64,000 nucleotides of DNA, taken from NCBI RefSeq assembly GCF_009914755.1, contig NC_060934.1, one strand, 5' to 3'. This DNA is from the human T2T-CHM13v2.0 reference genome, Homo sapiens. The notes under the pieces are model-generated. The model was not told the origin of the DNA and searched no databases. It worked only from the letters and a program-made list of their open reading frames with translations. Position 1 is the first letter of the stretch. Every line of letters starts with the position of its first letter. Shown here piece after piece: positions 1 to 12,759 of this stretch. Position numbers and translations under genes: made by a program.

Positions 1-652
1 TCCTCTCCTCTAACCCGACAATAACTGAGCTTTTCTACTGTCTCCATAGTTTTGCCTGTTCTAAAATGTCATATAGTTAGAAACATACAATACATAGCTT
101 TTCCAGATTGATTTCTTTCACTTAAGAATATGCATTTAAGCCAGGCACAGTGGCTCACACCTGTAATCCCAGCACTTCGTGAGGCCAAGGCTAGTGGATC
201 ACCTGAGGTTGGGAGCTCAAGACCAGCCTGACCAACATAGAGAAACCCCATCTCTACTAAAAATACAAAATTAGCTGGGCATGGTGGCACATGTCTGTAA
301 TCCTAGCTACTCAGGAGGCTGAGGCAGGAGAATTGCTCGAACACAGGAAGCAGAGGTTGTGGTGAGCCGAGATCACACCATTGCACTCCAGCCTGGGCAA
401 CAAAAGCGAAACTCTGTCTCAAAAAAAAAAAAAAAAGACAATATGCATTTAAGGTTCCTCTATGTCTTTTGATTGCTTGATAGCTCATTTTTTTAGCCCT
501 GAATAATACTCCATTGTCTGGATGTACCACCATTTATCCATTCACCTGCTGAGGGACATATTGGTTGTTTCCAGGTTCTGGTAATCATGAATAAAGCTGC
601 TATAAACATCTGTGTGCAGGTTTTAGGTGGACGTAAGATTCCAACTCATTTG
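1..652 (-). mobile_element. L1MC-type LINE-1 3' fragment, split by an Alu
   Basis: Typical L1M 3'-end motifs in reverse orientation (gtctccatagttttgcc, gaataaagctgctataaacat). Confidence 0.75.
139..436 (+). mobile_element. AluSp-like SINE
   Basis: Full dimer with ctgaccaacatagagaaacc and poly(A); TSD aatatgcatttaag. Confidence 0.9.
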
Positions 653-1160
653 GTGTTTTTGGTGTTTTGGAGTTTGCCAACTCATTTTTTAACAAAAATA
701 TTTTACTTAGTCAAAAACATTGTAACATAACTCTGTAAGTAACACAGAGTTAAATCAGGACAATTACATGAGGTGATCTTCAACGACTGACATCCTGACT
801 TGCTGTAGCTTAAACCCTGCTGGGCATAGGTCCTTTTTGGATCTTTTTCTTTAACATACTCATTTGCTTCTTCCTTTTCATCATCACCAGCACCTTAGGC
901 TTCTATGCCTCAGTTGTTATGGTGATCTCCAATAGAATCCCCTATGGGGTACCATACTGATCTTGAGCTAGAAAAAGTGCCCCACTTATCATCTGCAGCA
1001 AGGGCAACTTCAAAAGCAGGCCTTAGGGCTCACCCTCAGGAGTCTCAGAAGAGAGAAGTACTCAAAGGAAGAGTCAATGGAAACTGTCCTACTCATAACT
1101 CAAGCATATCCATGTTCCTTGCATTACACCTGCTTCTGAATATTGTTCAGAGGGGCATTC

Positions 1161-1287
1161 TTTTTTTTTCTGAGGGGAGACGGGGTCTTACTACATTGTC
1201 CAGGCTGGACTCCTGGGTTCAAGTGATCCTCCCGCCTCAGCTTCCCAAGTAAATGGGACTACAGGTACACACCACCACATCCAGCTA
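1161..1287 (-). mobile_element. FLAM/FAM-like Alu monomer inserted in the NAP1L1 retrocopy
   Basis: Single Alu arm with T-tract; splits the KKG|KNV-equivalent codons of the retrocopy. Confidence 0.8.
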
Positions 1288-1560
1288 TCCTTTCGTCTAA
1301 TCTACTGGGCCTATAATTTCTCACCTATCAGAGAAAAAGGGATCGGAAGTATCTGGTCTGATCCAAGTTTATATGTCAACACCTCCACTGGGGGTTCAAA
1401 ATAAAGCCCATTGTGATCTCCCAAGCTTGCCAGCATCTAAAAATTTTACTCTGATATCTTTCAGGAGCTTCAGAATAGATTTATTGTGTTTTCAAACCAT
1501 ATTTCTGAGCAAGTTATCATTCTTAAAAACAGTCAAGCAAAAATGAAGCTTTCTTTAGGA

Positions 1561-1654
1561 GCAGGACTTCAACACTGGCTGCACATTAGGACTATCCGGG
1601 AAACATCTGACTTAACTGGTCTGGAGTACAGCCTTGGCTTCAGGAGTTTTAAAA
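1561..1654. mobile_element. Truncated MER5-family (hAT-Charlie) MITE inside the NAP1L1 retrocopy
   Basis: ctggctgcacattag...ctgacttaactggtctggag...ttttaaaa resembles the MER5B consensus; one end is missing. Confidence 0.7.
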
Positions 1655-4362
1655 TGCAAAAATATAAGAGTCTAATATACTTTCTTTCAAGATCATTTAT
1701 TTCTTTATAGACTCTGCCTTCCATTCAGGTACATTCTGACGTAAGGATTTTGGTGGCACTGACTGGGTGTTTAGTGCTGATTGTAGTATCAATATTATCA
1801 GTCACTAACTTCATCAATAACGTTAACACAACCAATCATGAGCACAAAATCTTCAACTGCAAACTAAAAACCAACAAAAACAAACTGGATCTGTTCAAAA
1901 ACATCCTCTGCTTCCTGGTCATCACAACCTGCCTCCTCATTCCCACATTCTGATCTTCATCACTACCACCATCACATCATCACGTTTCCCCTGGTGACTG
2001 GCATATCAGACCCCCACAGAATCATCAGCTTTATCAGTCTCACTGACACTCCCCTCCACAATGCTACCTACCCCCATCAACACTCAACACTTTCCCTCTT
2101 CCTACTTCCTCATCCTTCAGGCCGATCACATTCATGTTCTGGGTGCAATGCAGCTACTTCTTTATCATCAATATTAGACATGATGAAAGAAGTCCCAATA
2201 CCATAACCAATAGTTAGGATGTGGTAAGGGGCAGTGGCAGCAACAGTGAAGGTGAAGAAGATAGCAACAGGCAATGGCTGAGGCAGTGAGGCAGCTACCA
2301 CTGAAGTGAATACAGTGGGCCCTGGTGGTTGAGGCAGCTGTACCCACAAGGAAAACAGGTGATGGAAAGTGATTGAATGAGTGAGCAGCTGGAGCTAAGG
2401 AGAGAACAAAGTTGGTGCAATTATATAAGTCCTAGCCATTGAGGTGGCACTGGTTGAAAAGGCAGCCAAGATGGAGGAAGTGAAAGTTGTAGCTAATGAC
2501 CCTCATAATTTGTATAAGGAGTAAATGAGTTACTATACATATGGCACTTAGAAACAGTACCTGGCACATAACAAATGTCATGTAAATGTTTAATGTTATT
2601 AGAGTTAGACACACAACTAACCATAAATGCAATGTGATAAATTGTGTAAACAGGTGTGTATACCACTTCTCCGGAAGGCAGGGATGATGTCATCTCTGTA
2701 TCCATGTATCTACAATTAACATATACATATGCTCACTCAAAGATGGCTAAATCAAATTCACAACATTGGATCTATGATCTTTTCAGTCTCAATGAACAGT
2801 AATGAATCTTCAGTGACAGATAGGCTCTTGCAAGGTGCTGTATTATGACATCTGCTCATTCCACATCCTATGACTTTTCAGAAATGTTAGAAACAGCCAA
2901 GAGCTAAGCAAAGTATGCAGCAAAGTAGGAAGCCAAGAGCAACAGGCCTAGTCCACGATGAAACATTAGCCCATACACTGCCAGGTATTTTCAAACTATG
3001 CCTTACAGAGAATGACTCACTTAAAAGTCTTGCATATACAGGTCTGCTTTTAGAAATAAGTTCCCACACCTTCAGCCTTTATCACAAACAAGATTTTTCA
3101 CTGATTGTACATGAAAAGCACACCATACTTACCTCACTGGTGGCCAGGCAAATTAAACATGATAATGTGTGTGAAAGCACCATGCACAGCATCTATTACA
3201 CTGCAGGAGCTCAAGAAATATTTGAATCTGGATCTGAAGCACCAGCTGGAATTCCCAAGTCTCGTTATAAGAATGGAAGGGGCCAGTTTACTCCAATTTC
3301 AGCATCTTAACACGGGCACAGATGCTCTTCCAGCATCAATAGCTTTAGAGGTAGTGGTTTGTTTCTCTGTTGCACAGCTGAGGGAACGCTAAGGGCTTTA
3401 CATACATTAGTGGCTAATTCTCACAACAATCCTCCAAGGGAGGTTTCACTATTCTCATTTTACACATAAAGGAACAGGAGTTAAAAGGAGTTAAGTACTT
3501 GCCCAAAGTCAGCTGGTTCATCAGGAACCGGGACTCAAGGTCTATGCAATTCCCAAGTCCATGCTCTATTACACCATATTAGCTGGGGGACATAATAGAG
3601 CCTTAAAGTGTTCTAAGACCAACAGAAGCAAAACAAGTGAGCTCCAGTTTCCAGCTGGGATCTACAACCTCAGGCAACTGAAGCTACCTAACCTCTATTT
3701 CCTCATACATTACAAAAAGAAAAAGAAGTTATCTTCCAACTCTAAGTTTAATGATTCCATCACTTTTTTCCTTTCTTTACTTTCTCTTTTTCCTCCTTCC
3801 TCTGCTACCTCCTAATATGGTCCAAAATGTGTTGGATACATCTATATTTTTTAAAGAAAAAGGATCTAAAATTGCATGCAATTATAGCACTGATCTTCCA
3901 AACAGAGATTAGACGGGCATGGTTTCTTATGTACTTCAAGAGATCAATTTTTCAGTCAGCTAAAAAAAAAAAAAACACATGGTTCTCCTTAGTAGTCGTT
4001 AGAGCAGTACTGGCTTACTGGGATAGAAATACAGTAATACACCACTTTTCAGAATTCAGGTTTCTGGCAACCCATCAGACAATTAACCAGTTCTGGGGAG
4101 AAGGGACAGCCAAGAAATATTTCCCAAAAAGACTTTCCTAAATGCACACTCAATTTATAAAGGACAATAATATATTACAAGCTTTTCTCATTTTGCAATC
4201 TTATGATCAAAATTGAAAGCTAATTTCTAAGATAATGAAGGACTATATTAGAGAAATAGAGAACATTTTCCATAATAACCTATCTCCTTCTCCACCACCA
4301 CCACTCTGACAAAAATGGAAAACGAAAAAAACAAACAACAAAAAAAAAGTTGTAATTCTCTA

Positions 4363-4763
<401 letters not shown>

Positions 4764-4886
4764 CTAACCCCCAGTCATGATCTGTTACTAATTCCTTACC
4801 CTCTTCTTCTCACCCAACCTGGGGTTGGGGTGGAGATCTAAAATCCTTTACAGATGTTCCATCTAATTTCCAGACAAAATTATTAC

Positions 4887-4975
4887 CTGTTTCCACACCT
4901 GTGTCTCCTGAGTGTGTCACCTCGTTAGGTTCAATTATTCTTAAATTTCTCAGTTGAAAATCCTGGTGATTCACC
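4887..4975 (-). CDS. XPNPEP1: XPNPEP1 coding exon 2, (R)VNHQDFQLRNLRIIEPNEVTHSGDTGVET(D)
   Basis: Acceptor cttcctgttctttctctccttaag| and donor ACAG|gtaata. The exon is 89 nt, phase 2 in and phase 1 out, and joins exon 1 in frame (AG+G = Arg). The peptide is visible in ORF 4810..5016. Confidence 0.95.
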
Positions 4976-5224
4976 CTTAAGGAGAGAAAGAACAGGAAGT
5001 TGCAGACTTTGACCACAATAAACGTGGCAAGGCTCAGTTAGAGGAGGCATCGCTTAACTTAGCAGTTCTCTAACATGAGTCAGAAGAACTTTCACCCCCA
5101 TTATCAGTGGCAGAATAAATAAAAGTTTGATGTAAAACTTGCAGGTGTAAAACATCCCCATGGCAGGTTAACCTTCTCAGTTGCAGCTTCTAGTTCATAA
5201 ATTCTCACACCTCCTATTTAACTA

Positions 5225-5620
5225 GACTAAGAAGACTTATTTTCAATGTTTTTTCCTTACACAAGTTCTATTTGGTTCTTTTTCACATCTGCCCGTTCTT
5301 TCTTTATGGTGTCCTATTCTTGCACTCTGGTTTCTATGCCTTCTCTTTGTGCCTTCATTACTGTAGGCCCTTATTTTATAATTTCTCCCATACTTTCAAA
5401 TAGATCTTGGGAGACTAACCCTCATGTTTGCTAGGTCTGCTGCCTCTCCCTCTTGGTGGTTCATTCCTTCTGCGTTTTGTGATCTTTTATTAAGAGCTTA
5501 TCTTCAATAGAGGCTATTTATCTATGAGAATGTGATGGGTCCTGGTTTGTACAAGCAGTTCTGTTATTGTTTGCTTCTAAGACTTTCACATTAATTTATT
5601 AGCTAGAAGATTTACACACA
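5225..5620 (-). mobile_element. HAL1/old L1 ORF1-like fragment
   Basis: Pyrimidine-rich old-L1 pattern (ctgctgcctctccctcttggtggttcattcc...gagcttatcttcaat). Confidence 0.45.
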
Positions 5621-5782
5621 AACTTCTTGTTCCCATATGGGGATAGTCTAATGCCCTGGACACCAGGCATGAAGGTCTATATCTGCATCTGGTAACTTTC
5701 CCAGGCTCAGGTTACTAGCATACCACTCAGGCGTTAGGTTCCCTCTACATTTTTGGCACTTGAGGATTTCTCTTTCTTTCAA

Positions 5783-6340
5783 GTTCATTCAGTCAACAAA
5801 TATTTATTGAAAAATCTTCCATAATCCAGGCCCTATTCTGGACACAACAGTGAACAAAACAGACAAGATCTCTGACTTTAACAAATTAAGATGGGGCAAG
5901 GCAGGGGGATGGGCAGAAGACAGGGAAGAGAAGGCAACAGACACAAAACAAGTACACAATACGTCAAGTAATAAGAACGTGTTTTGTGAAAAAAAGTAAA
6001 GCACAGCAAGGGGAAGAAAGCATCAAGGAGGTAAGGGGAAGGATTATTTCATATGGGGTAGCCAGGGACAGCCTCTATTATAACAGACAACATTTTAACA
6101 CAGACCTAAAAAGAGTGAGGAAGCAAGCCATGTGAACGGCTAGGGGAACAATGTTCCAGGACAACAGCAAGTGCAAAGGCCATGAGGCAGGAGTATGTCT
6201 AGTTTACCTGAGGAAAAGCAAGAAGGTCAGCGCAGTGTGATTGTATCAGGGGATGGGGAGGTAAGTGGTTCAGAGACAACATCATTGAGGCACCAGGGGG
6301 CCTACTGTGGGGCCATAGAAAAGGTTTTGAATTTTACTCA
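5783..6340 (-). mobile_element. L2 LINE fragment
   Basis: ttcattcagtcaacaaatatttattg 3'-end signature followed by L2 body. Confidence 0.7.
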
Positions 6341-7799
6341 GCTATGAACTCAATTAAGTTATAATTTAACCGCATTTTTACATGTTGGTAAAGACAGAGA
6401 GGGACACATTAGCTCAGTCTACCACACGGTAAGAACCAGATAACCAGGCAGCTTTACCAATGACTCTAGGCCTGCTTTCATATGGCTGTGACTTTAGTTT
6501 TACTGGACAGAATGGGATGTTCTTAACGAGAGTAAACATATTATTCTTTCATAAAAAAGTAAGACACCCCAATATGTCTTCTAAAATATAAATACAAATA
6601 TCCTCAACAAAATACCAGCAAACGGAATCTAGAACAATATAAAAAGGATCATCATCGCCAAGTGGGTCTTATCCCAGGAATACAAGGTTGGCTCAATATA
6701 TGAAAAATCAATTATTATAACAGGCCATATCAATAGAATAAAGAACAAAATCTACATGGTCTTCTCAACAAACGCAGAAAAAGCACGACAAAATCCAATG
6801 CCCCTTCAAGTTAAAAGTACTCAGCAAACTAGAAGAAAAATTCCTCAACCTGACAAAAGTTATTACAAAACCTACAGCTAACATCATTCTTAATGCTGAA
6901 AGACTGAATGCTTTCCCCTATAATCTAGGGAATGTCTACTCTTGGCAGAGTAGACAGGGATGTCTACTCTTGGCATTTCTATTCAACATTGTACCAGAAG
7001 TTCTATCTAGGGTAAGTAGGCAAGAAAATGAAACAAAAGGCATCCAGTTTAGAAAAGAAGAAGTAAAACTATCTCTATTTGCAATTGACATAATCTTGAA
7101 TACAGAAAATCCTAAAGAATCCACAAACAAAATTAGAACTAATAACTGAGTTCATCAAGAATGCAGGATACAAAAATCAATATTTAAAAAATCAATTTGA
7201 CTTCTATATCCTTGTAATGAGCAATTCAAAAATAAAATTAAGAAAAGTCCATTTACAATATCAAAAACAAAAAATAGTTAGAAATAAATTTAACAAAAGA
7301 AGTGCAAAATGTACACCACAAAAACTAAAAAAGACTGCTGAAAGTAACTGAAGAAGACCTAAATAAACAAAAGCTATTCCATGGTCATGGATTGGAAGGT
7401 TTACTATTGGTAAGATGGCAGTAATTCCCAAATTGATCTATGGACTCAATGCATTCCCTGCCAAAATTCTAGCTAGCTTGGAGGTTGAAACTGACAAGCA
7501 GATTCTAAAATTCATATGGAAATGCAAGGGACCCAGAATAGCCAAAACAATCTTGAAAAAGAACAAAATCTTGAAAAGAACTCTTCCATCCCAATTTCAA
7601 ACCTAAATACAAGACAGTGTGGTGCTAGCATAAGAATGGACTTACAAATGAGTAAAACAGAATTAACAGTCCAGAAATAAACCCTCACAACTGTCAACTG
7701 ATTTTTGAGGATGCCAAAACCATTCAATGGGGAAGGAATAGTCTCTTCCACAAATGGTGCTGGGACAAGTGAATATCCACATGCAAAAGAATAAAGTTT

Positions 7800-8857
<1,058 letters not shown>

Positions 8858-9604
8858 TCACAGGTATGAACGTAGGCGCTAAACTGTAAAACTCTTATAG
8901 CGCAACCATAAGTCTGCCTGACCTTGGATTAGGCAATGACTTCTTTAGACACAAATCAAAAAGCACAGCAACAAAAGAAAAAAGAGATACACTGGACTTC
9001 ATCAGAATTTAAAATGTTTGTGTTTCAAAGGATACCATCAAGAAAATGGATGACAACCCACAGAATGGGAGAAAACATCTGTAAATCTGTTGAGTCTAGT
9101 ATCCAGAATATATAAAGAACTATTATAACTCAACAATAAAAAGACATATAACCCAATTTTAAATGGGCTAAGGATCTGAATAGACATTTCTCCAGCAAAA
9201 GTACACAAATGACCAAGAAGTACATGAAAAGATGCTCATCATTAGTCATTAGGGAAACACAAATCGAAACCACAATGTGATACCACTTCACACCCACTAG
9301 GAAGGTTATAATAAAAAAGATTGACAGTAACAAGTGCGGGTGAGGGTATAGAAAAAATTAGAACCCTCAAACATTCCTGATGAGAATGTAAAATGGTGTA
9401 ATGGCTTTGGAAAACCATTCCTAGGTACACAATCAAGAAAATTGAAAATATATATCCTTATAAAAAGTTGTACACAAATATTCACAGCTGCATTATTTGT
9501 AACAGCCAAACTGTAGGAACAACTCAAATGCCCAACTGATAAATGGATAAATAAAAGTGTCTATCCATATAATGGAATGTTCTTTGCCAATAAAGGGAAA
9601 TCAC

Positions 9605-9951
<347 letters not shown>

Positions 9952-10398
9952 CTAAGGGAAAAAGCCTAATACAAAAGACCACATAGTATATGATTCTATT
10001 CACATAAAATGTCCAGAATAGGCAAATCGGTAAAGACAGGAAGTAGACATGCAGTGTTGGTGGTTGCCAAGGGCTGAGGTGAGGAGTGACTGATTACAGG
10101 TAACAGGATTTCTTTCGGGGATGAAGAAAATGTTCTAAAATGATTGTGATGATAGTTGTACAACTCTGTGACTATACTAATAACTTGAATTGTACATTTT
10201 AACAGATGAATTGTATATAAGTGAATTATATCTCAATAAAGCCATTATAAATTTTATAACATCTCTTTCTTGTGGACAGGGATACAAGTCAGATTCTCAC
10301 CGAATTTCCCATTACTTCATACGTAAGTTTCTAAGATGGTAAGTAACTGATCCCAATGACTGGTTCAGACACATGACTACAGAGGTGGAAGGTTATCA

Positions 10399-10697
<299 letters not shown>

Positions 10698-11499
10698 AAG
10701 GTTACCTTAAGGTAATCCTATTCATTCATTTTACAGAATAAAAAAACAAAGATAACTTACCATAGGCCATATAACTCAGTAGCCGCAAAGCCAAGACCAG
10801 AAACTAGGTCTGACAGGTGAGCTCAAACTCTCTGTGTGAGCATCAACACCTCCACCTTTCTGTCAGGATCACAGGAGCTACGAAGCAGCTCAATACTACA
10901 GCTGCTCTGCTCTTGTCGTATCTTGGTCTCCGCAGAGTCCAAGATCTATCCACCTTTCACTTGTTTGGACAGATAAAATTCTTAAGTTCTCTGTCAAAGC
11001 ACAATTATCATTAAATATTAAGAACTAGAAGAATATACCTCAGGGACTATCCAACTCAATTCCCTCCTCTAGACCAGGAAACCAAGAAACAAAGATCAAA
11101 TGACTGGCTCAAGGCCTCACAGCTAACTGCTGACAGAGCTAGAACCAGCGTTCCAGCCTCCCAACATCCAGCTCAGTGCTCCTACCCTTCCCAGAACTTC
11201 TTCGACCTACACCTTCTCAACTTCATGATGAGCCACAAAGTGGGTAAGGGGCAAGAAGCATGCAGAGCACTTTCAATCTTTGTATAAGATGGTTATGGTA
11301 GCACTAGAAAAGGCCTTCTCCCTCTTTTTCCAAGAAATTCTGGCAGGGTTCTGAATACCTCACCCCCCTGCAACCCCCAGTTCATGGGAATCACACATGT
11401 GTAGCGTTCAGCATGGGGCAAAACAAGGAACAAGATGCTCAATCACACCTAGTGGATGAGACAAGGGTAAACTGGAACAAGTTCTAAGGTTGGGAAGTA

Positions 11500-11985
11500 A
11501 GCAATGTTGTCTTTGTCTACCCAGAATCCATCCCTCCTTTTGATGGGAACCTTGGTTTTCCTTTTGAGAATGTACCCTCTCCATTTCAGCCCAAGGGGTT
11601 CAAAGCAGTCTTATCCAAACACCTAACAGGCTCTGGGACCCAAAGCAGGTCAATCCCTCCCTCTGGCCATAATGATTGGTTCACAGATGAACATGAGAAT
11701 TAAGGCAGCCCAGTGAGCATCAGATCAGGGACTTCTGCTCCATTAGGAAGGAGGGCTCAACTTCTCTGCTGGGGCTGTCAGCCTAGAACTGTCATAACCT
11801 GCCATAAGGAGAAAGTCTCCCTGAGAATGAAGCGGATACTGAATAAATCAGAGCCAAGAGATGATAAAGAGAAGTCTGAAGCCAATGTTGGTGGTGCTCC
11901 CGGATTCAGCCACACTAGAAGCCAGCTCAACCCCATTTTAGGTAAATCAATTTGAGTTCAGTTTCCATTACCGAAACTGAAAGAA
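11500..11985. mobile_element. Old ERVL LTR (LTR16-like)
   Basis: tgttgtctttgtctacccagaatccatccctcc ... ggccataatgattggttca ... tttgagttcagtttcc pattern. Confidence 0.5.
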
Positions 11986-12759
11986 GTGCTCACTTTTACA
12001 AGGAATGGCACTCAAATTCTACCAGTAGGGGAGGCGCCTGTGGAAAATGGCTTCCCCTCTCTCAGCCTTTCACTGGACTTTCCTTTGAGGTAAAAAAGAC
12101 TCTACCAGCTGGTGTAGAAAAGACTCTTCTGCTCCTAAAAGGCTGTGAGTCTATAAATCTAGCACAGATCACCTTGGCCCCCTAAAGACCACCTGAGGCC
12201 TACAGCCTAACTCATCATTATCCACTTGCCTGACTCCATTTCCAGCACTTCACTTACAGGAAGCTCCTTCCAGATGGAAGTTCTCCACCCCTCCCACATA
12301 CTTCCACAGGGTGGGTCTGGTTTTCTGCTCACCCTTAACAAGCTGTGGCAACGGCAAATCCAGGTCAAGGTAGGTTTGGGACCCCCCTACTCACAAACAC
12401 AAGCAGGAGCCATGGTCTGTGTTCAGCAAGAAAGCCTGGCCATGCTGCAAAGTGAGTGCATTCATGTCTCAAGTGGTTAGCAGGTGGGTGACCCCTTGGG
12501 GATGGCCAGGGAGTCTGGCCTGTGGCCTCCATGAACTCTGAACACCTCTCTCCGTCTCCCACTTTGTCAGAGGCTCTGATAAGTACATCCTGGTTATGGC
12601 AGGGGAATAAACTAAAACATGTTTAACTTGAGGCCGGGAAATTATCTGTCTCACCCTCCTATGCCCAAGGAGAGCCCAGGGCAGGCTACTGGGGGGATTT
12701 TCCTGGAGATTATACCAAAATATTCCCTTACACAGCCTCTGAAACCATTTGGGTGGGGA

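Larger units (their letters stand above)
690..2260 (-). pseudogene. Ancient degenerate processed pseudogene / dead retrogene of NAP1L1 (nucleosome assembly protein 1-like 1) in XPNPEP1 intron 2
   Basis: Minus-strand translation versus recalled NAP1L1: MSNIDDKE (ATG 2181) ~ [27 protein letters not shown] (to 1677) ~ [57 protein letters not shown] ~ [78 protein letters not shown] ~ KNVTLKTIKKK..KTVSNDSFFNFF; EVALAAD ~ EAILAAD; DPKKD..PA..K.Q ~ DPKKDQNPAECKQQ at ~800-845. Blocks are colinear and intronless, with UTR-like similarity on both sides and many stops and frameshifts. Confidence 0.9.

Noticed and set aside
69-533. Many 60-180 aa ORFs with LECSG/SAHCNL/WDYR motifs throughout the window
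   Set aside because: Alu translations.
2915-3392. 131-aa and 95-aa plus-strand ORFs
   Set aside because: No recognisable homology; partly MIR-like; antisense to the host intron.
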